DNA of 64,000 bases from Epithemia pelagica (lineage: Eukaryota; Protista; Bacillariophyta): the NCBI GenBank assembly GCA_946965045.2, contig OX337235.1:3100001-3164000 (forward strand), written 5' to 3'. The stretch's first letter is position 1, and every line of letters begins with the position of its first letter. The notes under the pieces are model-generated. The model searched no databases, was not told the DNA's origin, and saw only the letters and a program-made list of their open reading frames with translations. Of this stretch, positions 46,477 to 59,143 are shown piece after piece. A program made the position numbers and the translations under genes.

Positions 46477-49397
46477 GGGAATAGCGAAATGACAGACTTT
46501 CATGACAGACTTTCGGATAAACTTTCAAAATGTTGACTGTTATACGGACAGAATATCCGGTTGCACTCCATAGCTTTTTGACAGACATTCGGAGTTTCAG
46601 GTAGCTTTTTGACAGACATTCGGGAAAACTTTTTATTTTTGTAGTATCTTCTATTTACAATACAAAAAAATGTTCCCAACCAACATCATATCTATACGAG
46701 CTCCATCAATCGATATGGGTAACCGTAGTGGCCCGTGCTTTTCATACCCCCACTGTTTTTTCTACAGTGATTCTAACTTCGTAGGGACACCACTACGGTC
46801 ATTTTGCACTGCGTAACACCACCATGACACACTCAAGCCGGTGTGCACCTCCAACGAAAGGTGCCAGCTCTCTTGCGACCATCAAGGATGCCTAAGAATC
46901 AAGTGTACCGTGAGGGAATGGGCGGGCAGGGATGAGTTGGCTTTTTTTATGGACCGACGGCAAGGTTTTGAAGTCTTCCTTATTTGGCATCCGAAACAGA
47001 GGAAGTGACCTTGAGAAGAAGACGACGACAACCGATAGAATGCATCCAGCAAGTCACCGATCATACGTCCGCATGCAGCAATCATTTCCTCGTCACTTAA
47101 TAGACCGAGCACAACATTGGAAAGCCTCGACCGTTGGTGGCTCAAACGCAACAAAAGCTGATTTGTCCAGACAAAACAAACGTGAACCGTGGGTGGAAGG
47201 ACTGCTTCTACTGCGACAGACGATGGTGGTGCCGGTGGTGCGGCTGATTCCCACAGCACAATTTGAGTGGAAGAAGGAGGGGATGCCGTGAAGCTGATGG
47301 GCGGTGGTCGAAGAGCCTTGCGAGTCGACAACACTCGGCAACAACAACAACAACCCAAAACCCAAACACAACAATCAACTACTCACTCCTCGCTGCCACC
47401 GAACGAACAACAACAACACTCGGCAACAACACTCGACAACGACACTCGGCGGCAAGACTCGGCGACAAGATGGTGTGGTCGTCCTCCTTCTTCTACCGTG
47501 CGACGAAACAATCAACTCCTCGTCTTTTCGTTGCCCTCACCCAACAAATCGAAGCCTCGTCCACTGGTGGTAACAAGCGACGACAACGACAACCACAAGC
47601 GGCTCAACTACAAATGGCGAAACAATCGGCGACGATGTCACAGCTGATCGATCGAATGAACGAAAGAACGAAAGAACGAATGAACGACAACAACAACACT
47701 CGGCGACAACAAAAATCCAAACACAACAATCAACTACTCACCGCCACTGATCGAACGAACGAACGAATGAACAAACAACAACAAAACCAACACTCGGCAA
47801 CAACAACAACAACAACAACAACCCCCACGCAACAATCAACTATTCGCTGTCACCGAACCCTCTGCCCGAGACTGTGCCCTTCAACAACAGCAAGCGGTGA
47901 CAACGACAAGCGACGACAACGGCATGCGACAAGACAGCAAGCGGCAACAACGACAAGCGGCGACAACGACAAGCGACGACAGCGACATCCGACGACAATG
48001 ACATACTCAACAATCAACTGCTCGTTTCGGCCAAAAGGCAAAACATTCGGCGACCACGGCACGGCAACAGCACCATACTCAACACCGAAACGATTGCCTA
48101 TTGTACGACCTACGACACAGAGAAGCATGTACTAAGCTAGATAGATGTTCTGTACTAGTAGCTGTTTACATGCATACTCGTAGATGAGGCGGGTTGATTA
48201 TTGTGCTAGCGCCGCCTCACCATGGTGATGGTGTGGGTGCAGTTGGTGAGAAGAATCTCGCAACAAAATGTGCAAGAGCATGAGGGCAATTCATTTTACT
48301 TTAGGAAAATGTATGGTGTAGTGAATCTCGTAGGGCCGGAAGTTCAACCGAGTATCGGAAACGTGAAGCACGGGCCACTACGGTTACCCATATCGATTGA
48401 TGGAGCTCGTACACATGATAGAGAGAATATTGCCTTTTAGTGTCTTGATTTCCCGTAATCAGACTGCTCGTTTGGACCCAACAATGATGGAACCAACCAC
48501 GCCAAGGAAGCAGCAAACAATCACCTACCAACTACTCGCTGCCAACGAACAACGAACAATGACAACACTCGGCAATAACAACAAAAACAACCCGCACGCA
48601 ACAATCAACTACTCGCTGTCACCGAACCCAGTGCACGAGACTGTGCCCGTCAATGACAACAAGAAGCAACAACGACATGCGGCGACTGCAGCAACGACAT
48701 GCGACAAGACAGCAAGCGTCGACAACGACAGCGACAACAACAACATGCGGCTACAACAACGACAGCGACAACAACAACATGTGGCTACAACCACAAGAAC
48801 AACATACTCAACAATCAACTCCTCGTTTCTGCCCAACGGCAAAACAATCGGCGACGACGGCATGGCAACAGCACCATTCGGCTGCTTCCGATAACACAGT
48901 TCGAGTGGAAGAAGGAGTGGACGCCGTAAACGAGAGCACCTTATCGAATCTTGACACTCTTACTGGATGGTGAAACAACAATAAACAAAGACAAAGACAA
49001 ATGGATCGATGCAGGCAAAAGACAGGATGGTGAACGAGGATGGATGGACGAAACGATTGCCTACGAGTATGACACATACAAGTATGTACAAAGCTAACTA
49101 GTACATGCTCTCACTCAATTAGTCATGTTCATACAAGTAGAGGAGGCGGGTTGATTGCTGTTGTGTTAGAGCCTCCTCGCCATGGTGTGTGTGAGGATAG
49201 TTTGCATATCTTGAGATTGAGCATCTCATTGATCGGTCGGTCCATTTGAGGGATGAGGGGCAATTCATCTTAGTTTTTTACTTCGGGAAAATGTATAGAG
49301 TGAATCTCGTTGGACCGAAATTCCCTCTAAAGTTGAAAGTTTATCCGAAAGTCTGTCATGAAAGTCTGTCATGAAAGTCTGTCATTTCACTCCCCTC
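46477..49397. mobile_element. Non-autonomous Mutator-like (MULE) element, 2921 bp
   Basis: 9-bp TSD GATTTACAA at 46468-46476 and 49398-49406; imperfect TIRs of about 50-65 bp containing GAAATGACAGACTTTCATGACAGACTTTC; no transposase ORF. Confidence 0.85.
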
Positions 49398-49420
49398 GAT
49401 TTACAAAGATATCTTTTGGG

Positions 49421-50164
49421 CAAGGATGTAAGTGCTGACAAGTCAGTTTTTTTTACGTCTGACGAATTGACCGAAAGCGTCACAAGTCACGTCAGCCTAT
49501 TGGGCCGTGACTAATTTGGTGACCAATTTAAGAAAATTCTTCCCGGGCTTCGTTGGTGCAATTCCATGCGACGAGAAACGTACAAAAATGAGAAAAAACA
49601 AGAAGCATGGAGGTAGACGATGAACCACAACCACCTGTGTCATCCGGGGATGAAGACAAGGATTACGACCCTGAAGGTGAAGGTGACTCTTCTGACGATC
49701 TGTGGCAGGGGCATCAACACAACAGGGAAAAGACAATGACAACGAAGATTTTCCGGAAAAGCGGAGAGAAAACCTAGAGCCCTTGCCAACAGTAAATGAC
49801 AAGAATTATCCTCAAGAGGATCGACGGTACTTTGGCCGCAAGCACTACGTCCGCCATGACAAGTACCCTCTGTCTAGCTTTGTCTGTGTGCAGGAGGAAG
49901 AGGTGGACGTCGACCCACTCCCGAGTCTCCCGACTATTATGGGAGTGTTCAAGTACCATAAGGAGATGGAGAGTCAACATCAGATCTAGAGATCACTCTT
50001 CATTAGATGTAAGCATCCGTAGCTTAGTAAATGTGTGCGTTATTGCGGAGTACCTAATGCGTCACCCATTTGACTAATTGGATTAAAAGAAGTCACCCTT
50101 TGGTCAAAATCTGGTCACGTCAAGTCAGTAAGGGGGTCCGTGACGTGACCTACTTACATCCTTG
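49421..50164. mobile_element. Non-autonomous P-element-like TIR element, 744 bp
   Basis: 13-bp TIR CAAGGATGTAAGT at 49421-49433 and 50152-50164; exact 7-bp TSD TTTTGGG at 49414-49420 and 50165-50171. Confidence 0.8.
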
Positions 50165-51402
50165 TTTTGGGGGCTGATCTTTTTCTATTTTTTTCTTTGT
50201 CTACCGTCGTGTGTCGTGTTGTTCGACGACAGGCAAAGGCAAAGTGCTTCCAAAGTGCCGTCTGACCTAAACACACCTCCAGCGCGACGGATGCGAATCT
50301 ATGGCCGTTTTACAATAGCGAGTCATTGTTGTCTATGAAAGAGAAACTCTCGAGTTTTCACTCCACTTCAAATTTTTTGGGTGTCGAAGGACAAAGATTC
50401 AATGAGGTGGAAAGACTCAATGGTAGTCTACTCTCTTAATGGAATGTATCCGAATTTCAGTCCCGAACAGGACAGTCTATCCAGTACCGCATACCCTGGC
50501 TTCGTACTCTGCTCCAGATAGAATCTTTGAGAAGACACCGCAAAAGCGTTCTGATCCATTTTATGCGACCGGAAAAGTAGTCGCGCAAAAATGAGAATCA
50601 GTCGCTTTTAAGGAGCTTCAGCGACCAGCACCGTAGAAGGGCTTTTGTAAACTCTCTTCAACCACACATAACCACGTAGTGCGCAAGCAGCTTATACCTA
50701 GTCTACTCGTACAACATGAGACAAAACCAAAGGATCATGCATGAACAAAAGGAAAGATTGCAGCAGTGATGAGTAAGAAGAAAGAAAAGGAGACAACAAG
50801 ATTAGAAATAAGCAGCAGTAGTGAGAAGTTAGAAGTGATTCAGCCCAGCATGATCCGTCCATGGTTCTTACCTCACGTCATGGTCAAGCATTTGCCAGGG
50901 TTTTGGATTTTGTGACAGACGAGAGCGAGAGGGTTGTCCAAATTTATGAGCATTCGTCTCAAACAAGGACGCAAGCCGGCCTTGATGTAACGGTGTTGGC
51001 AATTAGAGATACTTAGAGCTACCTGAAGCAGTGGCGGGCGACATTGAAAACAGGATAGGGTTGGGGATTTGTCTGGCCGCCTCACCAATATGGAGGGGAA
51101 ATAATGGCGAATAAGAACGATCAATCGGACCACGCCGAATTGCCATGACCCCGTTCCATTCGATCGACCTCTCCAAGATATCGAAGGAAAGGTTCCTTGA
51201 ACCAACATCCCTCCCAGGAAGTCGCAGTCGGTCCAATTTGGCAGGATTGACCACAGACAACGACAGATTGTTCCTTGTGTGTGATCTCACAAAATAACAA
51301 CGCAACAAAACCAACCAACAACAAATACAGACTTTTGGACGAGCAGTACAGAAACACATCGCTCCTCGTCAAACAATACAAAATCACATCAACGAATCCA
51401 TA

Positions 51403-52425
51403 ATGTCCACATTTCAACCAGTACTGTCAGGGTCGTCACCTTTGCTTACGACAAGGGCTTTGCCACTACTGCACCTCCCAGCAGAGTGGATTGCCGGATG
51501 GTTTCCGTCTCGAGAACTTGCTCAAGATTGGTCGTCCCTGCTGTCGGTCTTTGTTCCTAAATTGCAACCTCTGCCCACTTGGGACCTGCAAGACGGTATC
51601 TTTCGGGCGTGGTGGTTTGATCCCTTGGTCGCCACCGTGGCCTTTGCAGTTCTCATCAATTGGTATTGGTGGCACGAACGTCGATTGGGTTTGAGCAATG
51701 TCAAGCAACTGAAATTGGGAGTGTTGAATGCACTGAGTCAACCGGCACAAGCTACCTTTGGGTATTGGGTCGGAATTTATCTCTGGCGCATAATTGTGCC
51801 ACCGGCTGGACCCGTTCTACCCGATGGTGTGCCCCGATTCGACAGTGTCACCAATTTGGTGGCCGACCTCTTGTACTTGGCCTTGGAAGTCGGGAGTGGC
51901 ATTGTCTTGTACGATGCCATTTTCTTTGTCTTGCATTGGAGTATGCACGAAATTCCCGCCCTGCGCAAATTTCATTACGAACATCACAATGCAAGCAAGG
52001 GGACGTTGGAAAGTCGCGACGTTTTGCGACATTCCATGGTCGATGCCAGTTTGCAAGTCTTGGTCAACATTTTGGTCCAACGCCATACCGTTTGGGGCCT
52101 CGTCAAGAGTCGCTTGGCTCGGGCCATCCATAACGTGTTGGTCATTTGGATGTTGACCGAATCCCATACGGCGGCACCCACACCCTATATTTGGAGACGG
52201 TGGTGTGTCGGTGTCCGCGATCATCGCATTCATCATTTGGGCCAACATCATGCTGCGGCAGAAACGTTGTCGTCCCTGCGACCCTTGTTTTCGGAACTCA
52301 ACAACCAGGAATCGTTGGACTTTTATGGTCGCAATCATCGCTATCAACAATTTTTTGGCTACTTGGATGATTTGCGAGCCTTGGTCGCCTCGTTGCAAGT
52401 TCGATACAAGTTGCACAACCAATAA
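51403..52425 (+). CDS. Fatty acid hydroxylase / sterol desaturase superfamily protein
   Basis: His boxes HWSMH, HYEHH and HRIHH; TM segments. Confidence 0.85.
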   Translation: MSTFQPVLSGSSPLLTTRALPLLHLPAEWIAGWFPSRELAQDWSSLLSVFVPKLQPLPTWDLQDGIFRAWWFDPLVATVAFAVLINWYWWHERRLGLSNVKQLKLGVLNALSQPAQATFGYWVGIYLWRIIVPPAGPVLPDGVPRFDSVTNLVADLLYLALEVGSGIVLYDAIFFVLHWSMHEIPALRKFHYEHHNASKGTLESRDVLRHSMVDASLQVLVNILVQRHTVWGLVKSRLARAIHNVLVIWMLTESHTAAPTPYIWRRWCVGVRDHRIHHLGQHHAAAETLSSLRPLFSELNNQESLDFYGRNHRYQQFFGYLDDLRALVASLQVRYKLHNQ

Positions 52426-52902
52426 AACGTTTCTGGGGAAGCGCTTGTCTACTAGAGCGGACTGCCAATAGCACGACGCCAATGGATATACCTGGACGGT
52501 CCCGTCGAGCGGTCCGTAACATATGAGGATGCACACAAAACGGGAGGAAAGGAGCTATAACGCTTGTAGAATAGATATGGAAATAGTTGAAAGCCATGGT
52601 TTAGTTAGTTATCGTTGTGCTGATAGAGAACTTGAGGCCCACTCAAGGTCGTTGAATGCAACTGGAGGCCCGAGACAAAATGACACGACGCTTCGATATA
52701 TCCGAAATCGTACCCAACGAAAAATCACATAGAATGGGGCCATAGTGCATCGTAACAAAGTTTTTGGCTTCCCCCAATTTCGATAACCCATTGGTCCCGA
52801 TAGACACCGGTTCGTCTCACGTTTTCTCGTCGATTCTTCTGGCATTGTCCACCTCTCGTCTCTCTCGCTGTCGTCGGTTTGTTGCTCCACACTCTCAAAG
52901 AG

Positions 52903-53883
52903 ATGCGCTCTATACGAACAGGCCCTTTGTTTCTGCTCTTTATTGGCAATCTCTTAATGTCGTTGATATTCACTTTGGGTCCCATGCTGTCCATCACGGT
53001 CGATGGTCCAAACAGTATGGAAGAAGCACTCCGCAAACCTGTACACAACGACTGTCAGTCCTCAACGACGAAACCACAAGTGTCTTCCTTTTCACCATTC
53101 CCCTCAAAAGTCTATGGTCATTTGCATTATGCCAAGACTGCAGGAACGACCATCAACGGTGTGTTGGCGGCCAAATACGAACGTGTATGTGGGACCAAGG
53201 GCTACAGTTACGACGCCTACCAATTTAACAAGCGGGTCGAACGTCGACTCAGGAAATTTAATGTCAGCAGTTTGTCCGAGGAAAAAGCCGGAGGCAATGA
53301 CCTGGTGAACAAATCCTTTCCGGACTGGAATCGAGGACGGGTCCCCCAACGCATAATGGACGAAATTGGCTATGAGAACTGCGACTATGTCAGTTTTGAA
53401 AACCCCTCCATGGTATGGAATCGAATGAATGAGACGTGGAACTTTGAACTTCATGTTCCCTGTCGAGATCCCGTGGCCCATTTACGGTCGCAATGCAACC
53501 ACAAGGGTCGAACCTTTAATTGTCAGGCATCCAATCTAGTGCAGGAGGCAAAAAAGTGTTTTGTGGCAGCCGATCGATTTCATCCCTGGTTACCCGATCA
53601 GCATCAGCCTCACTTACGGAACCATTCCATCAAATGCTTCAATCCCATTCCCGTACAACCCTACTTGGACTATATGGGAGAACGGTTGCAACATAAACGG
53701 GCTCCGGCAACCTACATACATCGTTCGACCAACAAGGTTCATGCCAACGAAACGCAGTGTCTCAACGATCCCGTCGTGGCGGACCGGGTTCGAACACTCT
53801 TGATTGAGAAAATTCCATACTTTGAATGGTGCCACCAATGCATGGATGATCCAGACCAAAATTTGTTGTTTTCCCCATCCTAA
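52903..53883 (+). CDS. Type-II membrane sulfotransferase-like protein
   Basis: N-terminal TM, then HLHYAKTAGTT, resembling the 5'-PAPS-binding motif. Confidence 0.65.
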   Translation: MRSIRTGPLFLLFIGNLLMSLIFTLGPMLSITVDGPNSMEEALRKPVHNDCQSSTTKPQVSSFSPFPSKVYGHLHYAKTAGTTINGVLAAKYERVCGTKGYSYDAYQFNKRVERRLRKFNVSSLSEEKAGGNDLVNKSFPDWNRGRVPQRIMDEIGYENCDYVSFENPSMVWNRMNETWNFELHVPCRDPVAHLRSQCNHKGRTFNCQASNLVQEAKKCFVAADRFHPWLPDQHQPHLRNHSIKCFNPIPVQPYLDYMGERLQHKRAPATYIHRSTNKVHANETQCLNDPVVADRVRTLLIEKIPYFEWCHQCMDDPDQNLLFSPS

Positions 53884-54307
53884 ACAGCACCAAGAGAGAA
53901 ACAAGAACTGTTGGTAGACCGTCGAAGGTGTACTACAATCCAGAACGATTGGGGGTTTAACCTCAGCTCTAGGGCTAGCCTCAGCGGCTTTTTGACAAAG
54001 GGCTGGTAGATAACAAGACCCTCATCAGGTCGTGAGACACTCAGGGCACCGATCGGAGCTGTACAGGCCAGGAAGCATACGTCCGCCGATCTGTTCTTTC
54101 GGTGTGCGTGAAACGGGACGTCGATTTGGTACAAGAGCATGAGCTTAGAAGGATCAAACATTGTGGTTGGTGCTATATGTTCTTATATTCCTTTACTCGA
54201 CAAATTGTCCTTCGAGATGGTGAGGGATGAGAATCGGACTGACTTCCAGTATCTGTTCTTCGGTTCAGTTGTCGTTAATGTTGTCCCCTTCTTCGCTACG
54301 TTTTCTC

Positions 54308-55831
54308 TTACTTCAACACACTTTCATAGTACTCAATAGCTTTCTCACTCCATTGATAGTTGTGTCCCAATGGATCCCTGCAATTGTACTCGGCACAATT
54401 TTCAAACAATACCTTGTCTTTCAAACCCTCATGAATTTGCCCCTGCCGATCGCCATTGGCTCCGAGAGCGCTCGTGGGTGGATTTTCCGAAATAACGGGA
54501 CGTTGCGTGCCCCACACTGTGCGGGCCACCGCACGCGATGCCCTTCGGACACGGCGACCGATGCGAGATCGTCGTCTGAGGCGACGAAACAATTTTTTGA
54601 ATACCCCGCCGAGCTTGCGTAGTCCCTTTTTGGGTGGATGAGGTGGCTCTTCCACGCCATTATTATCATCATCATCGTCGTCATCTCCTAAAAGAAACAG
54701 ATGGAGTCGAGCCCCAACGTTGCGCCTGAACCGATTGAGTTTGCGCAAATTCTTGTGAGCCAATCGTCGAAAAAACAAGGCCGTGTCGTCCGGTCTCCAC
54801 AAGACATGAACCTTGCTATGCGCCATGGCGGCAACGTCCTTTCCTGGATTTGCCAGAGCATCAAAATTCGTGCCAGGATGGTTCAGATTCCGCAAACGGT
54901 TAATCTTGGCTCGAAAGTATCTTGGAATCGATTCGAGCATGGATGGTTGGTAGTCGTTAATGGCCGTGTCAAAAATGTCTTCGCGTACATCGGGTGCGAC
55001 CATGAAAATGTGTTTAAAGGGAGCAAAAATGTCTCGATGAGACTGACCAAAGCCTTGTAACACATAGTTTCCCATGCTATGACACATGAGACACTTGGTG
55101 GGACCAAAGCGCATAAAGATGGTGAATAAATTCATGAGCCGTCCAAAGGATTGAGCAAAGAGTTCCGACGCGTCGGGGGCCGAATTTTTGCGATCATCCA
55201 TATAGGCCAGTGGAAATTGTGTCGTATCCCAAATAACAGGAATAACATTGTACTTTCGATCCGCTCGGGCATTGTATTCAGCAGCCTTTTCCAGGACCTT
55301 TTCTGGAGGAGTTGAGAAGCCGTGAATGTACAGCAAGAAGGGACGACTGACTTTGAGGCTCACAAAGAGTCGGGGGATGCGAACCAGACCTTGCAAAAAT
55401 TTGGTCATACTCGAAAAATTATCGCCAGAAAACAACACTTGGCCTTGAAATTCGGGTGGGGAGAATAGGCCCTTTTATTTGGTGGTTTCTGTGAATTCCA
55501 GAATAGAGGGATAGCCCAAACTTTTGGAGTTGCGAGAAAAGGTGACCACATTGGAGGCATGACGTTCGCCAACGCCCACCACGACATACGGCAAATACCT
55601 GTTCTGGTCGGTAATGTAGTCATCGGCTCTCTCCAACAAATTGAAAGCATTTCCGACAATGCCCACCAACATCATGAAAACAATCGAAGCGGGGATCAAG
55701 CCAATCAAGAACAGACTCCACCATGCCAGACGACGACACAGATTTTGAGTAATTGTAGACGTCGACCTGTGCATGGTCGTTTGGCCTCCTTGGCCCAATT
55801 TACTGCTTCCATTTCTCTGTATGGGGCCCAT
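54308..55831 (-). pseudogene. Membrane-anchored alpha/beta hydrolase (DUF900-like), paralog 1, one in-frame TAA
   Basis: LLYIHGF, CHSMGNY nucleophile elbow, FMVAPDV. ORFs 55475..55831 and 54308..55438 are in the same frame, separated by TAA 55477-55475. Confidence 0.7.
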
Positions 55832-56547
55832 TGTTTCCTTTGTCGTTTTTATAGTCAGTGCCGTTTCATTGTGTGTCTGTCACAGTCGTCTTCTTCGTTT
55901 GCTGCTAATCACGATTTTCCTCGGCATCTTGAAAAAGATCTTTGGGTCTTGTTCCGAGTGGTGTGTGGTCAGTGATATAAAAAATGAGACGTTGCCCAGT
56001 TCCGAATGCTGTGGTCAGTGTTTCTACCCCATCCAACATCTCGGTCGTGGTAGCATGGGTAGTAACTTGATGATATCAGCTGCGAAAGCAAATTTCAGGT
56101 TTTAATGTAATCATAGGATGTGTACTGAAATCCATAATATACTCCTACGACAAATCTACTGGACTCACCAGGGTCCATTCTATCGACGCTGTTGATGTTC
56201 TCCATATCCCCTGCATGTTCAGAGTTTAGATGAAAAGACTCCCTCAGCTTCATCATCATCCATAGATAGTCGATACTTCATCGGGGTTCAGATGTTAGGT
56301 TGTTAGTTGCCAGAAAGGGGGGCTTTGGGCTCTTTGCGCAACATAGCGCCAATGAAAATTACTCTTTGCATATTTCATAGAAGCATTTTTCAAAGAAATT
56401 GAAATCGTGACGCAATGCGGTGGTTGTTTTTGTCTTGTGTGGCAAGAAAATGAGTCAATATATGTCATTTTTTGCCCCATTACGTTTCATCGAGACATTG
56501 AATTCCCAGAGTATGTCTTTCCTCAACATCTTTCTCCTTTGTAATTC

Positions 56548-58105
56548 TTAGTCCAACACACTTTCATAGTACCGAATGGCCTCTTCACTCCATTGATAAT
56601 TGTGTCGCAGAGGACAATGGTTGTTGTACTCATCAAAGTTGAAAAAGACAATCTTGTGCTTTAAATCGTCGTGGATCCGATCCTGTCGATCTCCATTGGC
56701 ACCCAAAGCCGTGGTGGGTGGATTTTCCAACAGGAATGGGGGTTGGACTTGCCATATGTTGCGAGCCCACCCTCGCAGGAATTTTCGGACCGGACGGCCC
56801 ACACGGGATCGTTTTAACAGGTGACGCAAACCTTTGTTCAACCAAAAACCACCCTTTCGTTGACGTACTTCCTTCTCGAACATGGACAACATTGGATCCA
56901 GAATAATACTCTCTTCACCTTCATCGCGATGCAGAAAATGTCGGATACGAAGCAAGACGTTCCGCGTAGCTCGCTTGAATTTGCGCAAGAACTTGTGTGC
57001 GAATCGACGAAAGAGCAACGCCTTGTCCTTTTGACTCCACAAGACATGAACCTTGTATTGCGCCATGGAGGCAATGTTCTTGCCTGGATTGGCAAAGGCA
57101 TCAAAATTCGTGTCCACAGTACTATTGGGATCGTAAGCTTTCCGTAAATGATTCATGCCGACTTGAAAATATTTTGGAATCAATTGTCGTACGGAGGGAT
57201 TGTAATTGTTGGTTCCAACATCAAACAGATCTTCGCGCACATCGGGTGCGACCATGAAGATGTGATCAAAGGGGGCAAAAATGTCTCGATGGGATTGACC
57301 AAAACCTTGCAACACATAGTTACCCATACTATGACACATTAAACACTTGGTGGGACCAAATCGCATAAAGACGGTAAACAAATTCATGAGCCGTCCAAAG
57401 GATTGAGCAAAAAGTTCCGAGGCGAGCGGAGCCAACGTTTTCCGATCGTCCAAATAAGCAGTGGGTTGTTGTGTCGTATCCCAAATCACGGGAATGACAT
57501 TGTACGCTCGGTTCGGTCGAGCATTGTATTGAGCAGCCTTTTCCAGGACCGTTTCGGGCGGAACTGTAAAGCCATGAATATACAACAAGAAGGGACGTCT
57601 GACGTTGAGGCCCACAAACAGACGGGGGATACGGGATAAACATTGCAAAAACTTGGCTACACTGGAAAAAATTATCTCCAGAAAACAGTACCTGGCCTTG
57701 AAATTGGGGATGGGGTAAAGACTTGGTTTTCTTGTGTGGTTGTTGCGGTAGAAGCGGTTGTGTGTACTCCAGAATAAAGGGATAGACAAAACTTTTGGAG
57801 GAGCGAGAAAAGGTGACAACATTCGACTCGTGTCGTTCTCCCACTGCGACCACGACATAGGGTAAATACCAGTTCGGATCGGCATTCGCATCGGCTCGCT
57901 CCAACAAGTCCAAGGCATCGCCCACTGTTCCCACCACAATCATGGCAACAATCGAATAAACGGGAAACAAGCCAATTAACAAACTCCACCATACCACAAG
58001 AAGCAGTATCTTTGCCATTGGCATCCGATTCGTGGTCCGAATTCTCGTGGTCGTTTGACTTCCAACAACCACTTGTGTGGAACCATTCCTCTGCACGACA
58101 TCCAT
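56548..58105 (-). pseudogene. Membrane-anchored alpha/beta hydrolase, paralog 2, +1 frameshift in a T6 run
   Basis: Same motifs as paralog 1. Removing one base of the run at 57666-57671 restores GDNFSSVAKFLQ. Confidence 0.7.
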
Positions 58106-58106
58106 G

Positions 58107-58108
<2 letters not shown>

Positions 58109-58152
<44 letters not shown>
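58109..58152. repeat. (TC)22 microsatellite in the 5' region of hydrolase paralog 2
   Basis: Read directly from the sequence. Confidence 0.95.
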
Positions 58153-58155
<3 letters not shown>

Positions 58156-58784
58156 TTCTTTGTTGTTTCTGTTGTTGTGGTCGACCTTCTGAGCATCTTG
58201 AACATGCGTAGGAGTAGCCACTATGTTGGATGCTGGAAGGTACGGGAATGACGTAGATGACCAGGATGTACAGCCATGAAGCTGGGACACCCGGAAAATC
58301 TTCACACGCGACCAATCAAACAAAATTGTAGAAATTTCTTATTACAGTAGAACGATCTTAAGTAATCTTGGAGAAAATCTAACGGACACGCATGCATGGA
58401 TTTGAAGTAATCTACTTAAGGATTTTGCGCGCACGCATAGCTCTACGAAAATTCACATCAGATGCGAATTTTCACATGAGATGTGAATTTTCACATGAGA
58501 GGTGCGATTTTTCACGTTAAGAATCGCACCTCTCATGTGAAAATTCACATCTCATGTGAATTCACATCTTCTTCACATCCTCTTCACATCATCTTCACAT
58601 CCTCTTCACATCGTCTAACATCATGTTCGAATGACCTTCTTGTCTTATAGATCGTGGAACAAGAAGCATAATCAATTGATGTTACTTCGTTTAGGCACTA
58701 GAGTAGATTTTCATCATCCCATCGTCTTGTCGTCTTCTTATCCTCTCGTCTTGTCGTCTTGTCGTCCTCTGCTCGTCTTGGCAG

Positions 58785-58915
58785 GCTCCTGGTGGTCGAA
58801 CTTCTTGTGGGAGTAATGGGATCTTGCACGCTGCGATGGCTCCTTCATTTTACAATGGACGCCATCGATGGAGATGACACACATGGGGATCGGTTCTTCT
58901 TCTTGGTTCACCATT
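58785..58915 (-). pseudogene. Fragment of a second DDE_Tnp_4 transposase
   Basis: CVISIDGVHCKMKEP...HYSHKKFDH aligns with AISVDGVDCKINEP...YYSHKFNH of the main transposase. Confidence 0.7.
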
Positions 58916-59143
58916 TGATTGTTTGTGTGGTGGTCGATGAACAAAAGTAGAGGTGCGGCACTCGTTTCCGTGTGCACGCGCGTTTGGCAACAAACGAAAA
59001 AACACGATACAAGCCACGATTCTCAATCTTGCTACAATAGACAAAGGAAATACAAAGATATAAACGATTCTCGTTATTCGTCTTATACGCACACTACTTT
59101 AGGCAGGTTGGAATAATAGCATCAACCGCAACAGAAATGGACC

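Noticed and set aside
47263-48929. ORFs of 290 aa and 165 aa rich in T/Q/N/R inside the MULE
   Set aside because: Translations of CAA/CGA simple repeats; no transposase motifs.
50873-51417. Minus-strand ORFs divergent from the hydroxylase gene
   Set aside because: Might be exons or a relic, but I could not build a frame-consistent model or assign a family.
58440-58625. TTCACAT arrays as a CRISPR-like array
   Set aside because: Units are 7-10 bp with no unique spacers and no cas genes; better explained as subterminal repeats.
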